Positions 16,203 through 29,348 of a stretch of 64,000 bases of DNA are shown here, piece after piece. Where the stretch lies: assembly GCA_951406725.2 (NCBI GenBank), contig OX597824.1, forward strand, positions 5,890,001-5,954,000, in the 5' to 3' direction. A program made the translations under genes and the position numbers. This DNA comes from Octopus vulgaris. Lineage: Eukaryota. The notes beneath the pieces are model-generated. The model was not told the DNA's origin. It did not search any database and saw nothing but the letters and a program-made list of their open reading frames with translations. Positions within the stretch are counted from its first letter, which is position 1. Each line of letters starts with the position of its first letter.

Positions 16203-16440
16203 TATTATTAAAAAGCAGCAGAAATATCATAAATACACTGATACTCAGAGTTTCGCGTTCCCGTTCTTCGGACAGTTTTATTCTATTTTCTTTTTTCACG
16301 AGGAGCGGGAACGTGAAACTCTGATTAACACTGTTTGTAATATTTCTGCTACTTTTGTAATAAAGCATATTGCTCTACCTCTGGTATTCGAGTACTATTT
16401 TTTCCACCTTGTTTCGCACTTGTGTGCTTCCTGTGGTATA
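16203..16440. mobile_element. Fold-back hammerhead-bearing element (family B)
   Basis: Arms ~16205-16264 and ~16305-16362 are inverted; same family as 34145-34220 and 48292-48505. The left arm's minus strand reads CUGU-CCGAAGA-ACG(GGAA)CGC-GAAA-CUCUGAG-UA. Confidence 0.8.
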
Positions 16441-16526
16441 TACATATGTATAAATATGTCTTACTCTTTCTCTCTCCCTCTCACTCCCCCTCTCTCTCTA
16501 TATATATATTTTCTCTCTCTCTCTCG

Positions 16527-16567
<41 letters not shown>

Positions 16568-16614
16568 GCACCAGAAATTCTGTATGGTGTTATCCATAAA
16601 AGTCCGTTGGGTGA

Positions 16615-17090
16615 TTATAACCAAAATAAACAACAAGAATGACTCCGGTAATTTGGTATGATCGTTTCGTACTACTTCATTTTATTAAATGTTGTAAGTA
16701 TTACCACAGTTTTAAAATGCTGAGGTTTTCCATTAATACAAAAATGTTCATATCAAGTGGCAACATTATAGAGAAGGTAGATACCTAGATACATTTGTTC
16801 TTCCCTTACAATAGTCTGGAACAACTGAACCTTAGTCAGTCAATTGATGGGCTCCACTACCTCAAATGTTCTTAAAATTTAAATCCACATCTTTGTCTAT
16901 GTATCTACCTGCTCTATAATGTTGCTACTTGATATGAAAATTTTTGTATTAATGGAAAACCTCTATAATTGGCTGATGAGTGCTCAGCATTTTAAAACTG
17001 TTGTAATACTTACAACATTTAATAAAATGATGTAGTACGAAACGATCGTACCAAATTACCGAAGTCATCCTTGTTGCTTATTTTGATCAT
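16615..17090. mobile_element. Fold-back element (family D), ~175-195 bp arms and ~100 bp spacer
   Basis: 16618-16792 is the reverse complement of 16895-17090 except for a 22-nt indel; (TA)n abuts the right end and lies ~50 bp from the left end. Confidence 0.85.
16967..17057 (+). ncRNA. Type-I hammerhead ribozyme with canonical core and long stem II
   Basis: UUGG-CUGAUGA-GUGC[long hairpin including UGUUGUAA/UUACAACA]GUAC-GAAA-CGAUCG-UA/CCAA; predicted cleavage after A17050. Confidence 0.8.
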
Positions 17091-17982
17091 ATATATATAT
17101 ATATCAATCTTGTTAAAATAGTTTATAATGCTAAGAAGCTAAGAATACTGTTTAGATTATGGTTATTGTAAATCTACGGTTGTGTTCCAGTTATACTGGT
17201 CTTTACAGAGTGTGATATTGAAGACAATGCATAAATAATGGTCGATCATTACATATTGAGAAATATGTAATGACCATTGTTTATGCATTGTTTAACTCGC
17301 AGTCACACATACACACACACGGACTCACACACACGCACACACACACACATACACACAGACACACACACACAACACACACACACACACACATACATTTTTG
17401 AAGAAAACTGACTTAGATTATAATGCTGTGGAATCATATTCGATGAGTTGGTGTTTATACAAATTTTTCATATGAGTAAAAACATTCCAGTTTTAAATGA
17501 GAATTCTAAGGAAAACGTGGGCTGTATAAAAAAGCCCAGCTATTTACCCTTAAATGCTTAAAGATATTATCGTAACAAAAACACCATTGTACATATGCAG
17601 TTTTGTGAAACCAGCGGGGAAAAAATACAAAGAAATGATTTCAATACAGATATAACTAACGGAGATTCTCCAATAGATAAGATCTGTGAATAGACATGAA
17701 TATTGCACATCAAGGAAACCAAAAAAAAAAAAAGAAAAAGAAAAAAATTATTCATTTGTGAAATAACGAAAATATTTCATATAATAACCGGGCGATATAG
17801 AGAAGAATACTTGATAGAAATATTACTCCAAGAATTAACCACTTGCTTCCAGATTTTGATTTCTTCAAGGAAACTGAATTGCCTTAAAAGTTAATACACA
17901 CATTAGAGACTTGTTTATGCATATTTACGAATGATAATATGTAAGCACTTAATTGGGTGTGAATAAAATCCCATAAATGAGT

Positions 17983-18059
<77 letters not shown>

Positions 18060-18100
18060 TGTATGTATGTATGTATGTATGTATGTATGTATGTATGTAT

Positions 18101-18133
<33 letters not shown>

Positions 18134-18139
18134 CATTCG

Positions 18140-18335
18140 AAGCTTTATTCCAAGGAATCTAATGCTCTTAGCTTAGTTTTTCCTTGGGGCTGGCCAGATT
18201 GGAGCAATCTCAAGATTAATCAGCCGAAATTGCGAGGAGGATCCGGTTCTTGACTGAAGATTAAAGGCTTCGAATAACCCGTCCGTGTTTTTTGTATCGT
18301 CTTCTGGATGATTTGCGTTCTTGTCCCAATTTGTA
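18140..18335 (+). mobile_element. Short element between (TA)n tracts with a degenerate hammerhead-like core (ctgaaga...cgaat)
   Basis: Same context as the other pLTR-like elements; core incomplete; single copy in the window. Confidence 0.3.
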
Positions 18336-19521
18336 TTTATATATATATATATATACATACATAGAAGCGTATGTATGCGGGTGGGGTGCATGTATATATA
18401 CATATGTATAAATATCACAGGAAGGAGAAATTTGATGGATGGTTAAGCAAGTATACCTGATTCTTTAGTGACATTAGCGTTTTTCCTTCGTCTTAGCTAC
18501 AGAAGGAAAAAAATATTCTATGGTGTATCATTCATTCTTGCATGTCTACGCATGCTTTTCGATATAGATAGGAAGCACTCACACCTATGCTTGCGCAGAA
18601 GCCAGTACCAAACGTCTATGTATATAAGCAAGAGAGGAAAAATGAAAATAAAATCAAAGTTGGCACTACATTATGTTCAGGTTCTTCGTGTTAATTCCTC
18701 TTCGTCAGGATAAAAGTCATGACTTTTCTCATTAATGTCTAATCTTTTTCCTGCATTACTATGGTTTTATTAATCCCTGTCATGTATTCCATAGACCTCA
18801 TATATGCACGCATGTAATGTGTGTATGTATGTAATGTATGTATGTATGTACGTATTATGTATGTATGTATGTATGTATGCATGTGTCTGTACGTACGCAT
18901 GTGTGTATCTTTTAACGTACGTGTGTTTGCATATATGTGTCGGCGGTGCCGGTGGAAATTAAGGCATATAATTGCGTGTGTTAGTGTGTAATATAGAGAA
19001 ATTACCGTTAAGCATTCCAAGACCAGAAAAGCAAAGATTCCATGCATAATTACCACATCTCTTTATTATAGATCTACAAATATATAAACCACTTTCTGAA
19101 AGCATTGAATCGCCGGAAATTAATTTCTTTCGATGAATCTCTAGAAGGCTTCCACATTTGCTGAAATTAAACTCGAAAACCTGTGCATTCCCTTTTTCCT
19201 CCCCCTCTTCCTCCTCTCCTCGTCCTCCTCCTGCTCCTCACCACCTCCTCCTTGAGGATGTTTGACATAACTGATATTCTTGACTTTTGAAAATGCTATA
19301 GTGTTTGAACGTGCTGCGTAGTCTTTCCAGAGGAATAAACGGTAATAATTTGGGGAACCCTGTGCACACAAACACGTGTTATAGCAATTAGATATGTTTT
19401 GAAACTGCTATGGATATAAATGAGAGCAAATATATTTGAGAGAATGTAACCAAGTTGTAGTAAGAAGAACAAACACACACACGTGCGCGCGCGCACGCAA
19501 GTACGCACATATACATATATA

Positions 19522-19684
19522 GACGCAGGAGTGGCTGTGTGGTAAGTAGCTTACGTACCAATCATATGGTTCGGGGAACAGTCCCATACTGTGACACCTT
19601 GAGCGAGTGTCTTCTACTATAGCCTCCGGCCGACCAAAGGCTTGTTTTTAGATTTGGTTGGCGGAAACTCAAAGAAGCCCGTCG

Positions 19685-19774
<90 letters not shown>

Positions 19775-19785
19775 CATATATATAT

Positions 19786-19856
<71 letters not shown>

Positions 19857-20074
19857 TGTGTGTGTTTGTGTGTCAATATTTGCCCCCCCTCATCGCTCGA
19901 CAACCACTCGTGGCGTGTCTACGTCCCCATAACTTAGATGTTCGGCAAAAGAGACCGATAGAATAAGTATTAGGCTAAGAAAGAATAAGTTCTGAGGTAG
20001 ATTTGTACGACTAAACGTGGTGCTCCAGCATGGCCGCTGTCAAATGAATGAAACAAATGAAAGAATAAAAGAAT
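19522..20074 (+). mobile_element. tRNA-derived SINE family S2 (CORE-like segment) with internal (TA)n
   Basis: Head gacgcaggagtggctgtgtggtaag; gtgacaccttgagcgagtgtctt; tail ggtgctccagcatggccgc...aagaataaaagaat. Confidence 0.9.
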
Positions 20075-20902
20075 ATATGAGTGTGTGTGTGCGTGCGTAA
20101 GCGTGTGTTTGTGTGTGCGCGCGTGTGTATGTCTGTGTGTGCGCGCGTGTGTGTGTTTGTGTGTGCGTGTCTGTATGTTGGTGCGTTTTGATTTTGTTAT
20201 TCTCAGCAGGTGTTGGTTCGTTTACGGCCTCATAACTTAGCAGTTCCGCAAAAGAGACGACGCAATAAGAACATTTTGAAAAACTAAATACTGGAGTTCA
20301 TTCGAATAAATAAACCGTTCAATGCAGTGCCCCAGCATGGACGCAATCCAATGACTGCAAGAAGCGAAAAGATTAAAGGAAGACTGTAGTTGATATTGAA
20401 TATTTGGATCTGTGTAACAAAGTTGCGAAATTAAAAGAAGAATCTAGCAAGAATTAAAATCAATCCGGTTTCTCGGACCACGAATTGTTTTTCTGGATGA
20501 TATTATTCTTACGTTCTTTAATAGGCAGCACTTGAAAAACACTTTGCGTAGCGAATATTTCTATAAAGGATATTGATGTGAAAAGATAAATAATAATTAT
20601 AATAATAATAATAATTACCTTTAAAGTGTTCACTTAAGTGAGTGAAGACTCACTAATGACTTTATTATAATCGATATATTTTAAAGATTGCAATGAAAAA
20701 ATCTCTTTATCGACTAATGAACACTTACTTCGTTATCCGATAAAATATAATTAATGCCAACACGTAAGAGATTCTTCTAATATTTTGCCTGAAGATTATT
20801 TAGAAAAAACTTGATAATACATTTTCGTAAATCTCAGCGACATTTTGTTGTCATTATCTTCATCATTCTCCTTCTTCTTCTCGTTTTTCTTGGTGTTATA
20901 AC

Positions 20903-20934
<32 letters not shown>

Positions 20935-21295
20935 CAATCGTCGTTGTCGTCGTCGTCATCATCATTATTGTATTTTAGCGTCGCAAGTGTTATTTCTGAA
21001 TGAGCTGGTTTCGATATTCGTGTTTAGGGTGCTTTTTTTAAATTGTACCACACACACACCGAGTCAATTCGTGTTGTTCGAGAAAACTCAGCAGTAAATT
21101 TCTGTTAATTTTCGGGAAATATGAAAATTTTTACAATAAATATTTGAATGCGTTACAGCAGCTTTTATATGTTAGGAAAAACAACTGTGTGAAGCCTCTG
21201 ATTTGATAGTTACACGATATACACACAAAGAAAAGGAAAGCATGAAAGCGAAAACAAGGCAAGTCCGAACATATGCTTACATACATACATACACT

Positions 21296-21357
<62 letters not shown>

Positions 21358-21887
21358 ATACCATATCACATTATATTATGTTATACAATATTATATTCTT
21401 AATCAACATTTAGCATATGGAATGTGCAAATTATACATTTACTTCATATTTTTATGCGTTTTGGGGGCTCCAGAAACATATATGTATATATTATTAACTA
21501 CGCATATTTAATGCATATGCTTTGCGTATATTCTGCTGAGTCCAGTAGTATGGTGGAGTGTATACACTCTCAAAGCGCCGGGTGTGAAAACACCTCAATG
21601 TCATGGACATGGGAGTTAAGCCACCAAAAAACCAATTTGGGAATGATAGACAGCGGGTGTTTCGCAACTAATGCAGTTCATCAATATTATATACCCACCA
21701 GGGTTGAAAGCACGTCACTTAGCCAGTCCATGTCTTATATGCCCATGGCTTATATAACCATGTGACGGCATTCTCGGTAATTGAGTACCTAAAGTGTGTG
21801 TGTGTGTGTTTGTGTGTGTATGTGTACGTGTGTATGTATTGGGATGCATGTATGTCTTTTTGTCTCTGAATATATGTAGAAGTATGT

Positions 21888-21933
<46 letters not shown>

Positions 21934-22139
21934 ATATAAAAGGAAAATATGAAATATTGTCGCCGTAGGCCTTGCCATAGATGAAGGACTAGAATTTAAG
22001 TTCAAAATCATTTGGGTACTACGACGGGTTTTTTCTACTGGGCATATCTAGTTCTTACCTAATTCCGTTCCCTCCCTTTCACCCTCTCTCTCAATCTCTC
22101 CACGTGTATACGAATGTTTATACCCATTTGTACATATAT

Positions 22140-22360
22140 GTGTGCGTGTGTGTCTTTTTGCCTGTGTTTGTCCCCTACTTTGACAAGCTGGTGTTTGTCC
22201 ATCCCCGTAAACTTGTGGTTCAGCAAAAAGACCGATAAAATAACCACGGGGCTTTACAAAAAAGTAAGTACTGGCGTCAATTTGTGCGACTAAAATTCTA
22301 CAAGGTGCTGTCCCACCATGGCTGCAAATTAATGCCTGAAACTAATAAAATGAAAAAAAA
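22140..22360 (+). mobile_element. SINE S2 3' half (a more degenerate one lies at ~20190-20380)
   Basis: ggtgtttgtccatccccgtaaacttgtggttcagcaaaaagaccgata matches the S2 tail. Confidence 0.75.
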
Positions 22361-22900
22361 ATGTATACAAGCACAAACACTCACACACACGCACGCACGT
22401 GAAAAAGAAGAAGAACAAGAGTAAGAAAAAGAAGAGGAAGAAGAATAAAATAATGCTGGAGTGCTATGATAGTAGTAGGATGTTCAAAGGTCAAGTGCCC
22501 TGAAAGTGACTTGTGGATGGTAGTAGTGATTGAATTCTCGAGATATCTCTTTTGAATGTATTGTTTGTAATATTTGCGTAGGTCTTATTCTATACAGCAG
22601 TAGTAGTAAAGTAAGGAAAGAGGTGGCGGAGAAGAAGAAGAAGAAGGAGAAGGAGAAGAGAAAGAATAACAAAAGAAAGCGTGATGGTGTGATAGTAGTA
22701 GGATGTTAAATGGTCAGTTGACCTAAAAGTAGCTCGTTGTGGATTATAGCAGTGATTGGGACTGTTTTTAATGAATTCTTGGGTATCTCTTTTGAATATA
22801 TCAATTTTAATATTTGCGTATGTTTTATTCTAAGGTCGTGGTGGGTATGTCATTTTGTTGTAGATGCGTTGCTTCTGTCCCACCCTATATACATACATCT

Positions 22901-22932
<32 letters not shown>

Positions 22933-25506
22933 GGACAGACAGACACACACATATATATATATATACATGTATATATATATACATGTATATATATACAGTG
23001 TAAGACAGAAGTAGCGCTCTTTGTATTTGAGTTTTTTGAGATTTTTAGTTTCTAATCGAGTTTTTTCTTTATTTCCTAAAACTTCTGCGATTTTGTTCAT
23101 TAGTTTATCATTCGTTTTTTTTTAAGTAATGGAATAAATTTTTTTCAATAAAGAATTAATAAAGATTTATATATATTTATAGTATATATATATTTATAGT
23201 ATATAGCTATTTATTAAATAATATTTTATTGCACACAAATTTATTACGATACTTAAAGAAATGAATAATAAATAACTTATTAAATGGGAAAAGAGCGGTG
23301 CTTGTGCCGCATCCTGTATATACCTATGTATACATATACGCGTCACCATTCTCTGATAGCATAAACGCAAAGGAGAATACGAATACATTTGGTAATTTCT
23401 CATTCACGTTGCATTGTCTAAAACCCTCTGAGAGAATTTTCAATTTTAATGCATTCCCTTCAACAGCTGACTTTATAACTGTATATATTCAAATTAATAT
23501 AAACAAGTCACAAAAGGAATTTCCCAAATCCGAATTAATTGAGTTATTTAACGGGCTTCTGTTATGGAAAGTCACGTTCCGTATTATGAAGTTTTCATGC
23601 TTAGAAAACAACTAAAATTAATTAGATCGACATATGGGATTCTAACTACCCGTAACGTTGCAAATTGCTTTATAGATTTGTCAATGCCGCCATAATTAGT
23701 ATTGACGCATGCGCCCTGGGGTTCAGGCATGATATCTTTGTTCTTTCAAAACTTATTTTCTATTGTTTTAATTATGTGTTATTATTGAACAGTGAAAATA
23801 GCGAAAATATATACAAAAGGGTAACTAACGAATCAGAAATCAAATTATGGAAATGTTAAGATGTCGTCGATATTGAATATTGAACTTACATTTAATGATT
23901 TCAAAAGTTTGTTTTTATTTATCTTAGAATTTAGGCGCTAAATTTTTCAGTATTGATATGATATTTATTATTTGCAGCACCTGGTATTCCGGAAACTTCA
24001 AGTAACATTATACTTTCTCTTCATATTATATCTTCCGCAACGCAATAACTTGGCCTTTTGCAATTTCATAAATCAAACTCTTGCGGAAAGACATACTTTT
24101 AATTAATTTTGTTTCTTTGGAAATATCAAATCCGATCTATGTGTATTTCCTATTATCATTTATGTCTTAGAGGTAATATACATCCGTACAGAAGATTTCT
24201 GCATCAATAGATCCTAGGCTCGTTTATCAAATCCAAATGTGGCTCTTCAAGTCAAATTAGTTTTCTTCTGACTTAGAATAAAGCGATAGAAAACATTCCA
24301 TTTTCAATGATAACGATACTCGACAGAAATACTTTTAACTCCGTCATTATTTTTCGTTGTGAATTCAGTTCTACATTTGTTTTCTTTCTCTTTCCTTATT
24401 TGTTTGTATACATTTAAAGCGTTAAACCAATTCAATCCTATCTTTAAAATTGAAATCATTACTGGATTTGCTACAGCTATAAAAGATCAGAAACCAGCTG
24501 TAATCTCACATATCGTATCTGATTTAATATGCAGACAACTGTAAATGGCATTCATATTTCTATGTTGTTATTTTGGTGGGAATACTGTGGAACCGCCAGA
24601 CGAACATTAGTTAAGATATGTTCAATCTGCTTTGAAATCTCGACGACACACTGCAACAATAAGTAATATATGAATCGTAAACCAAAATTTATTCATTTCA
24701 CCATCGTAATCAAGATTTCTGTACAGATTTTGTAAGAGCAAAATAACTTTACAAAATTTTTTCTCATATTGGAAACAAAGTTTTTAGAAACCTAAAATGT
24801 CTGCTACAGTTACATTTTCTACACCACCTAAAATATATGCCGCATAATTCTTTTTGCGAACTCTAGATAGGTTCGAATCAGTAATCAAATTGAACAATGT
24901 TACTTTTTTACTATGACTAATATAAAATATCTAGATATTTTATAAATTCACATTATATATATATAATTAATACATTCACATAATATATATATAATAAATA
25001 CATCTGTTAATTGAAAATATATGTCAATAATGAAAAAAATTATTGGGCTTCAATTAAAACCAATAAAGCGAATTTCGAAAATAACATAATAAATATCTAA
25101 TCTATTTAAGAAAATAACATGATTTTAAAACAAAATAATCAAAATAATGAATATAGATGTTTTCTGGCATTACCGTTAATACTCGACTATAAAATGCCCT
25201 CGCCTGTGCGCCCCCTACTTACAAGATTCAAATCGAGAATTTTATTATTGATCTGACCAGAAGTTGCAGTGACGTTTTTGATGTTGGAGAGCAACATTCA
25301 ATTGGGAATCGCGCCGACACAGTTGTTATTCGGTAACCGAGCTTTAAGTAAGCTGAAGTCGACTTACAACAACTGCTACGCCATTAAGCCAACGCATTGT
25401 AGAAACCGTTGTTTATAATGTAAAATTTTATCCTTGATAACGCTACTTGACTTTATTTACATTATTTACAATTGGCAGATATTTGTCCTCATCTTGTTTG
25501 TTATTA

Positions 25507-25551
25507 GCACAACGTTTCGGCTGATATACCCTTCAGCCTTCATCAGGTGTC
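25507..25551 (-). ncRNA. Minimal type-I hammerhead ribozyme motif within a short pLTR-like element (~25425-25597)
   Basis: Minus strand: CAC-CUGAUGA-A-GGCUGA(AGGGUAUA)UCAGCC-GAAA-C-GUU/GUG; perfect 6-bp stem II. Confidence 0.8.
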
Positions 25552-25597
25552 TTGGGGAAATTTCGAACATGAGTTCTCATTCCTAAGGTATTTTTCG

Positions 25598-25659
<62 letters not shown>

Positions 25660-26510
25660 GTTTCCTTCTTTCTTCAAATTTTTTTCCATTTCACGCAGAG
25701 TGTTTTCTGTACACCTAGGGCAGAGAAGCTTATTGTATGCATTCCTAGATTACATACGCAAATTCACAGGTAAAATATGTAATTAAGAAATAATAATAAA
25801 TAAATAAATTCATGAATGGATGTTGTTTTCACAGCGATAATGCTCTTCTCAGTACATGAGCCGTTCCAGTTAATACGATTTTTTGCACTTTCTGTAGAGA
25901 TGGTATCATTTTCAAATAGGTTTCAGTACATTTTTTTAAAATCATTCCTAGAGATCCTACAATCACTGGTACTGTAGTCGCCTTGAGATGCCACATTTTT
26001 TCAATTTCTATTAGTAAGTCTTTATATTTACTGATCTTGTTAAATTCTTTCGCCACTATATTGTGATCACAAGGAATACTCATGTCAATTAATAAACACA
26101 TCTTTTTTGTTTGATCTTTTATAATAATATCCGGTTTATTAGCTTTTATAGTCTTGTCGGCCTGTCCCATAGAATCGACACATTTTCTCCCTCAGTCACA
26201 GCTTCAGTATGGTGTTTATACCATTTGTCAGCGGTTTTGATTTTATAATGCCGACATATTGTCCAGTATAAATACTGGCCAACTCTGTCATGACTTGCTT
26301 TATATTCTACAGGTGCTAAGACTCTACATCCTGAGATTAGGTGGTCTATAGTTTCAATCTCATCGTTACAGAATCAGCATTTTATGTCAGCTCCATTTTT
26401 TATCACATTGGCTTGGTAGTTCCGGGTTAATAAGCTTTGGTCTTGAGCAGCTAATATGAAACCTTCCCTCTTTGTTTTTAGCCCTGGGCTTCGTAACCAT
26501 TGATGTGTTT
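25660..26510 (-). pseudogene. 3' end of an R4/Dong-type non-LTR retrotransposon (CCHC knuckle, restriction-like endonuclease, 3' UTR), ending at a (TAA)n tract
   Basis: HQWL..EGFILAAQDQSLLTRNY..C*FC..ETIDHLISGC..HDRVGQYLYW, then the ORF-track 25829-26170 peptide ANKPDIIIKD..CLLIDMSIP..KISKYKDL..PVIVGSLG. Confidence 0.9.
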
Positions 26511-27064
26511 TTCCGTTTCACGTCAACTGTCCGAGTTTCAACCATATCGAAGAAGAGGGTGTCTCCTCTATATTACTAATTGCTTCCAAAGCAAACACGT
26601 GGCTCTTTCGTAGGTCTATTACATACCGAAGGAAGGAATCAACTATGAGCTCTACGTCGGCGGATTAATTTCTCTGCTATATGAGTCCGTGTCTCATGGC
26701 GTTTCATAAATCTCGTGCATCAGCCAGTGTGTGCTTTAAAGTCGGATACACCATGTTCTTTAGTTACATGGAGAACCCGCAATCTAATGATGTTTCTCGT
26801 GACGATAAGTCCATTCTACCATAGTTCAGTCAACCAGTCTCTCAAAAAAGTCTCCTTCTCCTCATTGGGAATCATTCTTATTCCAATTTTCTCTAACGAT
26901 TTGATGTCAACGGATATTATTTTCTCGTATTCTAAACGTCAATCCCGGACCAATTTTTCTGAGACTCCAAATCCTCTTTCTGCAGCTCGATTTGAATGCG
27001 ACTTCGCGTATTCATCAATTTTCAGCTTGAAAGTGATATTATACAAATTCCTCATTCTCCTCAT
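26508..27064 (-). pseudogene. pogo/Tigger-type transposase N-terminal remnant (Brinker-like DBD, CENP-B HTH, start of DDE)
   Basis: Manual translation: MRRMRNLYNITFKLKIDEYAKSHSNRAAERGFGVSEKLVRD*..GLIVTRNIIRL..FKAHTGWCTRFMKRH..ISNIEETP..FDM..RTVDVK. Confidence 0.85.
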
Positions 27065-27099
27065 GTTAAGAAATAATATGACGTCGAATCAAAGGAAGA

Positions 27100-28367
27100 C
27101 AGGTACGGTACAAAGCAAACAGGTATTAAACTTACTTTTTAAGGTATTTATTAAAATTGAAAAAGCCCATGATTCAGACGATATTTATTCGTTAACGTGA
27201 TTTCCATTGCTTTCTAGAACTTCATTCCATCTATCAAGAAGCTTATAAATACGACACTTGCAAAATTATTTAGGCTTTGATGCGAAATTTGAATCCAACT
27301 CAGTTTCAACCTCTTCTCTTGATGTTTTCCTAAGACCATTTAAATGGTTCCGTAATCCATGAAACAAGTGATTATCAGAAGGAGCAAGGTCTGGAGGATA
27401 TGGAGGATGAAGCAATATTTCCCAAACAAGCTCTTCTAAAGGATCTTTGGTCAGTATGGCTGTATGAGGACGGGCATTACCATGGTGGATGATGCCACCC
27501 TTTCTGTTGCCTAAGCAGGGTCACTTTCTGTTCAAAGCAGCTTTCAAACGATGACGTTGATCACAGTAGAGATTAACAGTAATTTCTCGATTGTTGTCTG
27601 ACAATTCGTAATGGACAATTCCTTCAGTATCCCACCATACACTCAACATGATCTTCCTTGGATGACGTCCTCCACTTGGTTGCTGAAAAGGTTGCTTTCT
27701 TCTTCGACTGTTCCACGATCGGTGGCGTTTAACGTTATGGTAACAGATGCACTTCTCATCACTTGTAAGAAGTTTTCCTAAAAATGGTTCCTTAAGGAGT
27801 GGTAAAAGCAAAGACAGACCACAAACAACACGCTGCTGCAGATTCTCTGAAGACAGTTCGTGCGGGATCCCTTTTCCAGCCACTGAAACCTTTCCGGTCC
27901 TTTTCAGTTGGCGTAGAACAGTTGTATGGGCTACGTTAAACTGTTCTGCAAGTTTTTACAAGTAAGCGGTTGGATTTTCTGTGACAACATCTTCCAACTC
28001 TTCAAGGTGCTTTGAACGACCTTCTTTTGGCTCGTCTTTCAAACACAAATCCCCACTTCTGAAGCGAGAAAATCATCTCCGGCAACTTCTTTCACTTACT
28101 ACATGATCCCCAAACGCTCTCCGAAAAGACTTTGTTGTTGTGCTTGTATTGCCAGCTTTATGGAACTCATAGAGTCTAATGTGATCTTTAAATGGGACGA
28201 ACATGGGTGCGAATCTAGCAGAGGAATATGGCCAATACTATCAGAATCTGATAGAAAAATGCTTGAATAACTCATTGTGACATTCTTAAAATATTGCAAG
28301 AACCACAATTTAAAAAAATACTAAAACTCTTTTCTACAAATTTGGTCATTACCATTGCACCAACCTG
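27100..28367 (-). mobile_element. Near full-length decayed mariner transposon (~1.27 kb)
   Basis: FSRFRSGD, GIPHEL, TSDEK, KIMLSVWWD, NARPH, HPPYPPDLAPSD, RWNEVLESNG* (stop at 27185). TIR-like caggttggtgcaatggtaa at 28349-28367 (reverse complement) with a degenerate partner at ~27100. Confidence 0.9.
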
Positions 28368-28463
28368 ACATAAGCAGATACTTCATAATGCATATACATA
28401 CACATACACACAGACACACAATCACACATACACACACCTACGCACACACACATAAACACACAT

Positions 28464-28505
<42 letters not shown>

Positions 28506-28965
28506 CGGGAACTTGTAGATTTATCTCTCGCAAGCACCAGCAAACCAAAACAGAGATAACTCTATGCCAAATATGATACGCTATGACAGGTTTTTCTCCA
28601 GAATTCTACATGGATGTTCAATAACAAAAAAAAAATAACTTTTGTTATAATGCTGAGTCTTTGAAGTTTGTTTGCTATCAACATATTCTATCCACGCATT
28701 GTTGTGGAAGGATAAATTGCATTACGAAAAATACTTTTCCAAACTTGTTTGATTTTCAAAACAAACAAGTCCAGCGGCGTTTAACATTTTTGAACAATTT
28801 TCAAGATATACACTTGTCAAGAGTTTTCGATTTTGTTTTTGTTTACTGAAGAGAACGACATGATGTTTCCGTGTAATTTCAATCTCCGAATGTAAGGCTT
28901 TTGAATATGCACCACTGGAGTTACGTATGTGATTCATATTTTAGTTTTACTAGGCTAAACTATAT

Positions 28966-29348
28966 TCCTTTTCTACTCTGGGCACAAGGCTTGAGGTTTG
29001 TGGGGAGAGGGCCAGTCTATTAGATCGACCTCAGTACGCAACTGGTACTTAATTTATCGACTCCGAGAGGATGAAAGGCAAAGTCGAATTTGAACTCAGA
29101 ACTTAAAGATAGACGAAATACCTATTTCTTTATTACCCACAAGGGGCTAAACACAGAGAGGACAAACAAGGACAGACATAGGTATTAAGTCGATTACATC
29201 GACCCCAGTGCGTAACTGGTACTTAATTTATCGACCCCAAAAGGATGAAAGGCAAAGTCGACCTCGGCGGAATTTGAACTCACAACGTAACGCAGACGAA
29301 ATACCGTTAAGCATTTCGCCCGGTGTGCTATCATTTCTGCCAGCTCAC
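28966..29348 (-). mobile_element. SINE S1, dimeric copy
   Basis: Same modules and internal junction as 10882-11291. Confidence 0.9.

Noticed and set aside
26715-27200. 161-aa plus-strand ORF
   Set aside because: Antisense shadow of the minus-strand pogo remnant
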